From NCBI GenBank assembly GCA_017549335.1, contig JAFYVB010000006.1:1-32000 (forward strand): a stretch of 32,000 bases of DNA, in the 5' to 3' direction. The DNA comes from Clostridia bacterium. GTDB taxonomy: Bacteria; Bacillota; Clostridia; Christensenellales; Aristaeellaceae. Positions 7,949 to 16,378 of the stretch are shown here, in pieces. Made by a program: the position numbers and the translations under genes. Within the stretch, counting starts at the first letter, position 1, and each line of letters opens with the position of its first letter. The notes under the pieces are model-generated. The model did no database searches. It was given only the letters and a program-made list of their open reading frames with translations, and was not told the origin of the DNA.

Positions 7949-8653
7949 TCACACCTCGGCTTTCAAGCCCACCTGCGCAAGGCAGGTATTCTCAAACACG
8001 CTTTGCGCCTGCTCAAGCAGTTTTTCCCGGGAGATATCCGGTCTGAAGTGCGTCAGTATCAGCCGCTTTACATCCGCTCTCAGCGCAATTTCAGCGGCTT
8101 TGCGGGCACTCAGATGCGGCAGCCCCTCATGCCACATTTCATCGGTAAAGCAGGCGTCGGCCAGCATCAGATCGCTCTTTGCCGCAAACCCGGCCAGGCT
8201 TTCGCAGGTATTGGTATCGCCCGTGTAGCAAAACACCTTGCCATCGTGTTCAAAGCGCACCGCATAGGAGGGCACCGGATGACGGACGGGCAGCGTTGTA
8301 AAGGCAATTTCTCCGATCTTTCCGCCCGCTGCAATATCGCACCATTCAAAGGCAGGACAATCAAGAAGCGCGCGCACATTTTCGGGGGCGGAAGGCGCAT
8401 ACACCTTTACCCGCTTCCCCGTCATGGCAAAGCGGTACTGGAGCGGCAGAATATCCGACATATGGTCAAAATGCAGATGAGACAAAATAATGCCGTCGAT
8501 CTTTTCGGGTTCTGTCAGCGCCGTCAAAAAAGAAATGACGCCGCTGCCGCATTCCAGCAGAATACGGGTGTTTCCTGCTTTCAGCAAATATCCGCTTAAC
8601 GCCCCTCCCGCCTCGGGAAAAGGCCCGTTACACCCCAGCACCGTCAGCCGCAT
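7949..8653 (-). CDS. MBL-fold metallo-hydrolase
   Basis: HxHxDH motif (ILSHLHFDHMSD). I prefer the ATG at 8653 (MRLTVLGC), which sits 9 nt after AAGGAGG. The track start at 8662 directly abuts the SD. The stop codon is 1 nt from the comEC start. Confidence 0.8.
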   Translation of the reverse strand: MRLTVLGCNGPFPEAGGALSGYLLKAGNTRILLECGSGVISFLTALTEPEKIDGIILSHLHFDHMSDILPLQYRFAMTGKRVKVYAPSAPENVRALLDCPAFEWCDIAAGGKIGEIAFTTLPVRHPVPSYAVRFEHDGKVFCYTGDTNTCESLAGFAAKSDLMLADACFTDEMWHEGLPHLSARKAAEIALRADVKRLILTHFRPDISREKLLEQAQSVFENTCLAQVGLKAEV

Positions 8654-9404
8654 GGTCTTCATCCTCCTTCATCAGCCTTTTGATGGCAAATCTGAATGCG
8701 ATCAGGCAAAGGAACATATCGAGAAATCCAATGTCCGCCCCTGCGGTATTGATCCACAGCACGATCAGATTATACAGCGCGTGAAATGCAGCAGAGGCTA
8801 TCAGCCCCCTGCGCTGATATATTTTCCCCAGCAAAAAGCCCATGAACACAAGCCCGGGGAAAGAGGTGATGTCCAGATGCAGCAGCGCAAAAATCAGGGC
8901 AGCAATCCAAATCCCCGCGCCTGAAAAGCGCTTTACCAGCGCCCTTTGCAAAACGCCTCTGAAAAACAGTTCTTCCGCAATGCCGGGAATAACGCCGATG
9001 CACAATACCGCCGTGATCCACTCCGCCGCGCCTTCGGGATCGGGCAGCGGGACGCTTTCGGGAACATAGCCCATCACCGCTTCCACCAGCGGCAGCCAGA
9101 AGGAAATCACCAGCGACGCCACCACCGTACAGGAAACGGCGCCCAGCAGGACAGCTCCCGTTATCTCGGCATTCATTCTCTTCAGCTGACTCAAATAATG
9201 CTCCCAACGGGGCTTCCTGGCATTCAGAATCAGCACAGACGGCAGGATAAACAAAAAGATCTGCTGCAAGGCGTTCACACAGTAAAACGCCGTCAGCGTC
9301 AGCTCTTTTCCCGCAAAAAGCATGGGCAAAAGATACCATGCCGCCAAAGCCGTCAGCGCCGCCAGCACATAGCTCAGGTACGCCTTTTTATTTTCCGATC
9401 TCAT
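8628..9404 (-). CDS. CPBP-family intramembrane glutamic endopeptidase (CAAX protease/Abi type)
   Basis: Three CPBP motifs are present: GIAEELFFRG (EExxxR), FALLHL (FxxxH) and FHALYN (HxxxN). It has multiple TM segments. I prefer the start at 9404 (MRSENKK); the track start at 9464 would overlap the upstream gene by 77 nt. Confidence 0.8.
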   Translation of the reverse strand: MRSENKKAYLSYVLAALTALAAWYLLPMLFAGKELTLTAFYCVNALQQIFLFILPSVLILNARKPRWEHYLSQLKRMNAEITGAVLLGAVSCTVVASLVISFWLPLVEAVMGYVPESVPLPDPEGAAEWITAVLCIGVIPGIAEELFFRGVLQRALVKRFSGAGIWIAALIFALLHLDITSFPGLVFMGFLLGKIYQRRGLIASAAFHALYNLIVLWINTAGADIGFLDMFLCLIAFRFAIKRLMKEDEDHAADGAGV

Positions 9405-10191
9405 AGCGGTCTCCCGTGCGGTCACGCCAGGCCATGCCAACGGATACGTCCGCGCCGATCTCAAGCCCTTTTTCTCTCAAAATACCGCAAACAGTCTGCA
9501 GCGCAAGCTCCGGCGAATTGTTTTCCTTGCTTAAATGGCCTAAAACGATATTGCGCACGCCCGTTTTTTCAAGGGCTAAAATGGCATTGGCGCAATCCAT
9601 ATTGCTCAAATGTCCGTAGCGGCTCTGAATGCGGGTTTTGAGGCGCTGGGAATAATTTTCGTTTTCCCGCAGCATATCGGGATCATAATTGCTCTCCAGC
9701 AGCAAAAGATCCACTCCCGACAGCGTGCCCAGAACCTTCTTTGTGAATACGCCCATATCGGTGGCGGTAGCTACGCTGTGACCGCCGTAGTCGATCCTGT
9801 AGCCCACAGGCTCTGCGGCATCATGGGATACGGAATAGGGCAGGATGCAGGCGCCGCTGATATAAAAAGCATTTTCGCTTTCAAAGGTGCGGCGGCAGGC
9901 AGGCGCCACGGCGCCCACGTGCTTTTCCATGGCCTGCCATGTACGCTCATTGGCATACACAGGAATGCGGTATTTACGGCTGAGCACACCTACGCCCTTG
10001 ACGTGGTCGCTGTGCTCATGGGTAACGAGGATGGCCGAAAGCGTTTCAGGCAGAACACCGATACCCATCAATGCTTCGGACACTGCCTTGCCGGGCATAC
10101 CGGCGTCGATCAAAAGATGGGTATCGTCGGCGCCCACATAGATGGCATTGCCGCTGGAACCCGAAAATAAAGAACAAAAAGTGATTTTCAT
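9388..10191 (-). CDS. MBL-fold metallo-hydrolase, YycJ/WalJ-like
   Basis: 267 aa. The N-terminus MKITFCSLFSGSSGNAIYV plus VTHEHSDHVKG is typical of YycJ-like beta-lactamase-fold proteins. AAAGGA lies 7 nt upstream of the ATG. Confidence 0.8.
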   Translation of the reverse strand: MKITFCSLFSGSSGNAIYVGADDTHLLIDAGMPGKAVSEALMGIGVLPETLSAILVTHEHSDHVKGVGVLSRKYRIPVYANERTWQAMEKHVGAVAPACRRTFESENAFYISGACILPYSVSHDAAEPVGYRIDYGGHSVATATDMGVFTKKVLGTLSGVDLLLLESNYDPDMLRENENYSQRLKTRIQSRYGHLSNMDCANAILALEKTGVRNIVLGHLSKENNSPELALQTVCGILREKGLEIGADVSVGMAWRDRTGDRYEIGK

Positions 10192-10221
10192 AGGCTTTTT
10201 CCTTTGTTTTTATCCGATTCT

Positions 10222-10250
10222 ATTATACAGGGCACAGCGGCGGGAGGCAA
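10222..10250 (-). promoter_or_regulatory. Sigma-A type promoter of the yycJ-like to rsmG unit
   Basis: Minus-sense TTGCCT (10250-10245), a 17-nt spacer, then TATAAT (10227-10222). It lies about 30 nt upstream of the ATG at 10191. Confidence 0.55.
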
Positions 10251-10264
10251 GAGAAAACAAAAGC

Positions 10265-10300
10265 AAAAATGAAAAAGCAGCCCGGAAAACCGAACTGCTT
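10265..10300 (-). terminator. Rho-independent terminator after rplS
   Basis: Minus-sense GCAGTTCGG-TTTT-CCGGGCTGC, a 9-bp stem that includes two G-U pairs (10290-10298 / 10277-10285), followed by TTTTTCATTTTT. Confidence 0.65.
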
Positions 10301-10321
10301 TTATCATACCGTTTATGCGGA

Positions 10322-10672
10322 TCAATCGTGGGTGATATCCTTGATCTTGGCCGCCTTGCCCTGCAGATTACGCAGGTAGTACAGCTTCGCACGGCGCACC
10401 TTACCACGGCGGATGACCTCGATATGGTCAACGCGGGGAGAGTGCAGCGGGAACGTACGCTCCACGCCAATGCCGTAGCTCACGCGGCGGACGGTGAAAG
10501 TCTCGCGGCAGGAGCCGTTGCGGCGGGCGATAACGGTGCCTTCGAACGCCTGAAGACGCTCACGGTTGCCTTCGACAACCTTTACGAACACGCGCAGCGT
10601 GTCGCCAACGTTGAAATCAGGGCGATCGGTACGGAGTTGGGCTTTTTCGATGGACTTGATGATTTCGCTCAT
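10322..10672 (-). CDS. rplS: 50S ribosomal protein L19
   Basis: [54 protein letters not shown]... is a clear L19 sequence. The ATG at 10672 has GGAGG 8 nt upstream. The track's 17-codon upstream extension (to 10723) is not supported. Confidence 0.93.
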   Translation of the reverse strand: MSEIIKSIEKAQLRTDRPDFNVGDTLRVFVKVVEGNRERLQAFEGTVIARRNGSCRETFTVRRVSYGIGVERTFPLHSPRVDHIEVIRRGKVRRAKLYYLRNLQGKAAKIKDITHD

Positions 10673-10767
10673 TGTCAGTTTCCTCCTTCCCTCATAGACG
10701 TTCATGTGCAGCGGCTTCGGCACCGAAGCTTATGCTCACAGAGGACCGTCCGTTTCACACAAAGCGT

Positions 10768-10797
10768 ATTATAGCATAAGTGTCAAGCAAAAAGCAA
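10768..10797 (-). promoter_or_regulatory. Candidate extended -10 promoter for rplS
   Basis: Minus-sense TTGCTT (10797-10792), an 18-nt spacer, then TGC-TATAAT (10776-10768). This leaves a 5' UTR of about 90 nt containing the hairpin GCTTCGG/CCGAAGC (10713-10728). Confidence 0.45.
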
Positions 10798-10820
10798 GTA
10801 TAAAAACAGCTTTTTCCCGG

Positions 10821-13004
10821 TTATTTTGCGGCTTTTTCATAGATCAGGTTCACTTTGGCAGCGGGATTTTGCTCCCCCGTCTTTGTAAATGTAAGGAAGC
10901 CGTTCTCGATCCGGATCACGCCTGTGCTGCCCTTCACCTCGCCTGACCTGAGCAAAAGCTGCACAATTTTGGAATTGAGCTGCGGCCCGCCCGCTCTGGA
11001 AAGACAATCCTTCCAGATGGTAAACCGGCAGCCTTCCCGCCACGCGCTGCAGCCAAAGGCTTTGGGGCTTTCCTGCACGCCCTTGCCGCAGACCGGGCAA
11101 ACCGCGCCCTCGATCACCTTGGCAGCGGGCGCTTTTTTTCCGCCCTTTTTGCCCCGTTTCATGTCCTCGGGGAAATCCACCTGCGGCGCATTTCCCTTGG
11201 CATAATCCACCAGGAACACCGTCATGCGGCGGATGCCCTCCATGAAGCGCTGGGTGTCCCGCTTGCCCTTGGCAATGTCGTCCAGCGCCAGCTCCCACTT
11301 ACCCGTCATTTCGGGAGAGGCGATCTCCTCAGGCGCCACGGCGATCAGCTGCACGCCCTTGTCCGTGGCATTGATGGTGCGTCCGCGGCGGGCGGCATAA
11401 CCCACGGTGATCAGCCGTTCAATGATGGCGGCGCGGGTGGCCGGCGTACCCAGCCCTGCGCCCTTCATACTCTCCCGCAGCGCCTCGTCTTCGATCTCGC
11501 GGCCTGCGTGCTCCATGGCCGCCAGCAGGCTGGCGTCGGTATGGGGAGCGGGCGGCTTGGTGGCGCTTTGCTGCACCGCCGTCTTTTTCACGGTGCGCTC
11601 ATCCCCCGCTTCAAGCGGCGGCAGCGGCGCATCGTCTTCGGTTTCTTCTTTCTTTTTGCCGCGGGTCTTCTTCGGTGTATCTTCGCGGTACATCTCTTTC
11701 CAGCCCATGACCTTCACATTACGGCCGGTGGATTTGAAACTTTCGCCCTCGCAAACCGTGATCACCTTCAGCGCGTCATACACATAGGCAGGATAAAACG
11801 CGGCGATCATGCGGCGAGCAACCAGATCATAAAGGCTGCGCTCGTCGGGGGGCAGCTTATCCAGCTCCGCCGTACGGGGCGTAGGCAGGATGGCATGGTG
11901 ATCGGACACCTTTGCATTGTCAAAAATGCGCTTGGATACGTACAAATGCCCGTCTTCCTTGCGCTCCATGCCCTTTTCCATGCTGCGGTAAGGCTCCGCC
12001 ATGGATTTGAGGGTCTGGTGCAGCTTGGGCAGCATATCCATGGGCAGATAGCGGCTGTCGGTGCGGGGATAGGTGAGCAGCTTCCACTTTTCGTACAGCG
12101 ACTGGGCGATCTTCAGAGTTTTGTCCGCTGTGAAGCCCAGCAGGCGGTTGGCATCCCGCTGCAGGGAGGTAAGATCATACAGCTGCGGCGGCAGCTCTTT
12201 TTTCTCTTCCGACGTGGCTTCCTTTACCGTGGCGGGCTTGCCGCGCACCAGCTGAGAAAGCTCCTCCGCCCGCTCCTTTGTATCAATGCGGTGCGCCGTT
12301 TTTTCGTCCTCGGCGTTTTCGTCAAACCATACGCCGGAATAATCGCCGAAATCCGCCGTGAGCGTGTGATACTCCACCGGCACGAATTCCTCGATCTGTC
12401 TGCGGCGCTTCACCAGAATATTCAGCGTGGGCGTCTGCACGCGGCCCACGGAGAGCAGCGCATCATAACGCAGCGTGAACGCGCGGCTGGCGTTCATTCC
12501 CACCAGCCAGTCCGCCTCCGAGCGGCAGACGGCGCTTTTGCGCAGACCCAGATACTCTTCCGCAGGCTTTAAATTGGCAAAGCCCTCACGGATAGCCTCG
12601 TCCGTCATGGAGGAGATCCACAGGCGGTCCACAGGCTTTGAGCACTTGGCCTGCGTATAGATATAGTGAAAAATCAGTTCACCCTCGCGCCCGGCGTCGG
12701 TGGCGCAGATGATCTTTTCGGTCTCTTTATCATTGATCAGCTTTTTGACGACCGTGAACTGCTTGCGGGTTTTGGGGATGATCTTGGTGGGCAGCGTTTC
12801 GGGCAGCATGGGCAAAAGCTCCATGCGCCATTTTTTGTATTTTTCGTCCACCTCATCGGGCTCGCACAGCGTCACCAGATGTCCCAGCGCCCAGGTTACC
12901 GTATACTGTTCTCCCGCGATAAACCCTTCGCCGCTTTTTTTGCAGCCCAAAACGCGCGCAATATCGCGCGCTACGGAGGGTTTTTCGGCAACAATGACGA
13001 TCAT
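10821..13004 (-). CDS. topB: DNA topoisomerase III (type IA)
   Basis: 727 aa. Toprim N-terminus MIVIVAEKPSVARDIARVLG, the motif TWALGHLV, the active-site region TYPRTDSRYLP and a C-terminal Zn-ribbon region (CPVCGKG...FGCSAWREGCRF). Confidence 0.88.
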   Translation of the reverse strand: MIVIVAEKPSVARDIARVLGCKKSGEGFIAGEQYTVTWALGHLVTLCEPDEVDEKYKKWRMELLPMLPETLPTKIIPKTRKQFTVVKKLINDKETEKIICATDAGREGELIFHYIYTQAKCSKPVDRLWISSMTDEAIREGFANLKPAEEYLGLRKSAVCRSEADWLVGMNASRAFTLRYDALLSVGRVQTPTLNILVKRRRQIEEFVPVEYHTLTADFGDYSGVWFDENAEDEKTAHRIDTKERAEELSQLVRGKPATVKEATSEEKKELPPQLYDLTSLQRDANRLLGFTADKTLKIAQSLYEKWKLLTYPRTDSRYLPMDMLPKLHQTLKSMAEPYRSMEKGMERKEDGHLYVSKRIFDNAKVSDHHAILPTPRTAELDKLPPDERSLYDLVARRMIAAFYPAYVYDALKVITVCEGESFKSTGRNVKVMGWKEMYREDTPKKTRGKKKEETEDDAPLPPLEAGDERTVKKTAVQQSATKPPAPHTDASLLAAMEHAGREIEDEALRESMKGAGLGTPATRAAIIERLITVGYAARRGRTINATDKGVQLIAVAPEEIASPEMTGKWELALDDIAKGKRDTQRFMEGIRRMTVFLVDYAKGNAPQVDFPEDMKRGKKGGKKAPAAKVIEGAVCPVCGKGVQESPKAFGCSAWREGCRFTIWKDCLSRAGGPQLNSKIVQLLLRSGEVKGSTGVIRIENGFLTFTKTGEQNPAAKVNLIYEKAAK

Positions 13005-13012
13005 GACGCGCT

Positions 13013-14179
13013 TTAGCGGATATGCCGCACACGAATCACGTGCTCAAGAGCGCTGAGCTGATCGACCACCGAGGAGGGGATCTCGTCGTTGAAATCAAGC
13101 AGCGTGTAGGCAATATCGCCGCGGGCCTTGTTCACCAGATTTTCGATATTCAGCCCGGCAGCAGCCACCAGCTCCGTTACACGGCCCAGCATACCCAAAA
13201 GGTTGCGGTGCATGATGGCAAGGCGGTCACCCTCAGCGCGGGCAAAAGACACGTCCGGGAAGTTGACGGAGTGGGAAATATTGCCGTTTTCCAGATAATC
13301 GCAGATCTGCCGTGCAGCCATCACCGAGCAGTTCTCATCGGCCTCGGGGGTACCCGCGCCCAGATGCGGGGTGCAAAGAGCCTTTTCATAGCCCAGCTGA
13401 CGGGCGGTGGGGAAATCTGTGGCAAAGCCGGCGATCTTGCCGCTGTCAATAGCGTCGCACACTGCGTCGTTATCCAGCACGGGGCCTCTGGCATAATTGA
13501 TGAGGTATACGTCGTCCTTCATCGCAGCGATGGAAGCGGCGGAAACAAAGCCGCGGTTTGCCTCATTCAGGGGGATATGCACGGATACGATATCGGAAGC
13601 AGCATACAGCTCGTTCACGTCCTGCACGAAATGCACGATGTGCTTGAGCTCTGCCTCGCGGGAATGGGGCAGGTAGGGATCGTAACCGATCACTTTCATG
13701 CCCAGATCAAAGCACGCACGGGCCATACGCGAGCCAATGGCGCCCACGCCTACGATACCGATGGTTTTTCCCATCAGTTCGGGGCCGCGGTAAACCTCCT
13801 TGCCCTCCTCCACGGCACGGCCGGGATCGCTTTCGCCGTTCTTGAGCGTACGCACCCAGGTGTTAGCCGCCAAAACATTGCGCATGCACAATACGGTAGC
13901 GGCAAGGGTCAGTTCCTTTACGGCGTTGGCGTTGCCGCCGGGGGTATTGAATACCACAATACCCTGCTGCGTGCACTTTTCCACGGGAATAGTATTTGTA
14001 CCCGCGCCAATGCGGCAGATGGCCTTGAGTTCCGGCCCCAGCGGAATGTCATGCAGAGGGGTAGAATGAACAAGAATAGCATCGGGGCGGTTCGCTTCCT
14101 CCACGATACGGTATTTCTGCTGGTCAAATCCCTGCAGACCTGCCTGAGCTACTTTGTTATAAGTCTGAATTACGTACAT
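13013..14179 (-). CDS. serA: D-3-phosphoglycerate dehydrogenase with C-terminal ACT domain
   Basis: 388 aa. NAD-binding GIVGVGAIGSRMA and a 2-hydroxyacid dehydrogenase core, with an ACT-like C-terminus (LAIMHRNLLGMLGRVTELVAAAGLNIENL). GGAGG lies 7 nt upstream. The gene is adjacent to serC. Confidence 0.85.
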   Translation of the reverse strand: MYVIQTYNKVAQAGLQGFDQQKYRIVEEANRPDAILVHSTPLHDIPLGPELKAICRIGAGTNTIPVEKCTQQGIVVFNTPGGNANAVKELTLAATVLCMRNVLAANTWVRTLKNGESDPGRAVEEGKEVYRGPELMGKTIGIVGVGAIGSRMARACFDLGMKVIGYDPYLPHSREAELKHIVHFVQDVNELYAASDIVSVHIPLNEANRGFVSAASIAAMKDDVYLINYARGPVLDNDAVCDAIDSGKIAGFATDFPTARQLGYEKALCTPHLGAGTPEADENCSVMAARQICDYLENGNISHSVNFPDVSFARAEGDRLAIMHRNLLGMLGRVTELVAAAGLNIENLVNKARGDIAYTLLDFNDEIPSSVVDQLSALEHVIRVRHIR

Positions 14180-14191
14180 ATGTATACCTCC

Positions 14192-15265
14192 TCAGCGATT
14201 TTTCTCAAATTTGTGCATGAAATCAACCAGTTTCCGGACGCCTTCCTCCGGCATCGCATTATAGATGCTTGCCCGCATACCGCCCGCCTGGCGATGCCCC
14301 TTGAGGCTGAGCAAGCCTGCGTCTGCAGCTTCCTTCACGAAGGCCGCATCCAGCGCCTCGTCCCCCGTGCGGAAGGTAACGTTCATGATCGAGCGGCTGA
14401 ATTTCTCCGCAACAGGCTTGAACAAGCGGCTCTCATCCAGATAATCGTAAAGCAGCTTCGCCTTGCGCAGGTTGCGTTCATAAATTGCCTTAACGCCGCC
14501 CTCGCCCCGCAGCCATTCCAGACAGAGCCCTGCCATGTAGATGGCGTAGGTGGGCGGCGTGTTGAGCATACTGCCCTTTTCCGCCATCACCGTCCAGTTC
14601 AGCACGGCAGGCGTTTTTGCAGCTGCACGGCCCAGCAGATCGCGCCGCACGATCACCACGGTCAGTCCAGCCGGGCCGATATTCTTCTGCGCCCCGGCGA
14701 AGATCACGCCATAGCGGCGCACGTCGCAGGGCTCAGACAGGATATTCGAGGACATATCCGCTACGATGGGCACATTACCGCACTGCGGAAGAGCAGGCAA
14801 TCGTGTGCCGTAGATCGTATTGTTGGTAGTCACGTACAGATAATCTGCCTGCGGATCAAGGGCATCGGCGTTCACTGCCGGCACGCGGCAGTAGTTTTCC
14901 TCCCGGGAGGAGGCCACACAGCGCACCGCGCCGTATTTTTGCGCCTCTTTCATGGCGGTGTGCGCAAAATGACCGCTGTCCACATAGTCCGCCGAGGTTT
15001 GCAGCAAATTAAGCGGCACGGCGGAAAACTGCCCCGTCGCTCCGCCCTGAAGCAGCAGCACCTCATACTCCTCGGGAATGTCCATCAGCTCCCGCAGCAG
15101 GGATACCGTGTGGTCAAAAATCTCCTGATAGGCGGAGGAACGGTGACTCATTTCCATCACAGAAAGGCCGCTGCCGCGCCAGTTGAGCATTTCCTCCGCA
15201 GCGCGGCGCAGGGCTTGTTCAGGCATTACAGCGGGACCGGCTGCAAACTGATATACACGTTCCAT
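14192..15265 (-). CDS. serC: 3-phosphoserine aminotransferase
   Basis: 357 aa. N-terminus YQFAAGPAVMPEQAL and the PLP-lysine region GAQKNIGPAGLTVVIVR are typical of SerC. AGGAGG lies upstream. Confidence 0.88.
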   Translation of the reverse strand: MERVYQFAAGPAVMPEQALRRAAEEMLNWRGSGLSVMEMSHRSSAYQEIFDHTVSLLRELMDIPEEYEVLLLQGGATGQFSAVPLNLLQTSADYVDSGHFAHTAMKEAQKYGAVRCVASSREENYCRVPAVNADALDPQADYLYVTTNNTIYGTRLPALPQCGNVPIVADMSSNILSEPCDVRRYGVIFAGAQKNIGPAGLTVVIVRRDLLGRAAAKTPAVLNWTVMAEKGSMLNTPPTYAIYMAGLCLEWLRGEGGVKAIYERNLRKAKLLYDYLDESRLFKPVAEKFSRSIMNVTFRTGDEALDAAFVKEAADAGLLSLKGHRQAGGMRASIYNAMPEEGVRKLVDFMHKFEKNR

Positions 15266-15289
15266 ATTGTTCCTCCTTTTTTAAAAAAA

Positions 15290-16363
15290 TCATTCCAGCG
15301 CCTTGAGTTTTTCAGTCTGTTCCTCAACGGTGAGCGCATCGATGATCTCATTGAGATCGCCGTCCACGATGGCGTCGATCTTATAAAGTGTCAGCCCGAT
15401 CCGATGATCGGTGACGCGCCCCTGCGGGAAATTATAGGTGCGGATACGCTCGTTGCGCTCGCCCGAGCCCACCTGCGCACGGCGGTTCTGGGCGTATTCC
15501 CCCTCCGCCTGAGAACGGAATAAGTTATAAAGACGAGATTTCAACACACGCAGGGCTTTTTCCTTGTTTTTTAATTGGCTTTTTTCATCCTGACAGGTCA
15601 CAACCACGCCCGTGGGCAGATGCGTGATGCGCACGGCGCTGTCGGTACGGTTGATGTACTGACCGCCGTGACCGGATGCGCGGTAGGTATCGATGCGGAT
15701 ATCCTCACGGGAGATTTCCACCTCCACGTCCTCCGCTTCGGGCAATACCGCCACGGTGGCGGTGGAGGTATGGATGCGCCCGCCCGCTTCGGTAACAGGC
15801 ACACGCTGAATACGGTGTACGCCCGACTCAAATTTAAGACGGGAAAACGCGCTGCCGCCCGACAGCGTGACCACGGCTTCCTTCACGCCGCCCAGCTCGG
15901 TTTCGTTGATATCGGTGACGGACGCACGCATACCGTTTCGCTCGGCATAGCGCAGGTACATCCGCAAAAGCAGCGCGGCAAACAGCCCCGCTTCCTCGCC
16001 GCCCGCGCCTGCGCGCACTTCGAGGATCACGTTGCGGTCGTCGTTGGGGTCTTTGGGAATGAGGAAAAGCTTCAGTTTTTCACTCTGCGCCGCTTCATCG
16101 GCTTCCAGTGCGGCAAGCTCCTCTTTGGCTTCCTCCGCCATATCGGGATCGTTCAGCAATTCCCTGGCGCCCTCAATGTCCCGAAGAAGCTTCAGGTATG
16201 CTTCATAGGCTTCAACGGCAGGCAAAAGGGAAGCTCGCTCGCGGCTGAGCTTCTGAAAACGGGGCAGATCAGCGATAATATCGCCCTGCCCCGTAGCAAC
16301 GTCCAATTCCTGTACGCGCTCAGCCATCCACAGAAATTTTTCAAGATATTTTGATTCCATCAT
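15290..16363 (-). CDS. prfA: Peptide chain release factor 1
   Basis: 357 aa. GGQ motif (SGHGGQYINRTDSAVRITH) and the RF1-type tripeptide PVT (RVPVTEAGGRIHTS). No obvious SD. It starts 15 nt after the lepA stop. Confidence 0.9.
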   Translation of the reverse strand: MMESKYLEKFLWMAERVQELDVATGQGDIIADLPRFQKLSRERASLLPAVEAYEAYLKLLRDIEGARELLNDPDMAEEAKEELAALEADEAAQSEKLKLFLIPKDPNDDRNVILEVRAGAGGEEAGLFAALLLRMYLRYAERNGMRASVTDINETELGGVKEAVVTLSGGSAFSRLKFESGVHRIQRVPVTEAGGRIHTSTATVAVLPEAEDVEVEISREDIRIDTYRASGHGGQYINRTDSAVRITHLPTGVVVTCQDEKSQLKNKEKALRVLKSRLYNLFRSQAEGEYAQNRRAQVGSGERNERIRTYNFPQGRVTDHRIGLTLYKIDAIVDGDLNEIIDALTVEEQTEKLKALE

Positions 16364-16378
16364 GATTCAGAAACAAAA

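Noticed and set aside
14898-14911. A perfect 14-bp palindrome TCCTCCCGGGAGGA inside serC
   Set aside because: One or two perfect 14-bp palindromes are expected by chance in 32 kb. It lies in coding sequence, and only its CCCGGG core resembles the Noc-binding-site consensus.
13022-15523. An 833-aa plus-strand ORF spanning serA, serC and part of prfA
   Set aside because: It lies in the codon-aligned antisense frame of all three genes, which share the same phase (third codon positions are congruent to 2 mod 3). In that frame, stop codons arise only opposite sense TTA/CTA/TCA codons, which are rare at this GC content. The translation is low-complexity and rich in H/R/G/A, has no motifs and has no RBS. 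The sense-strand products carry unambiguous SerA, SerC and RF1 motifs.
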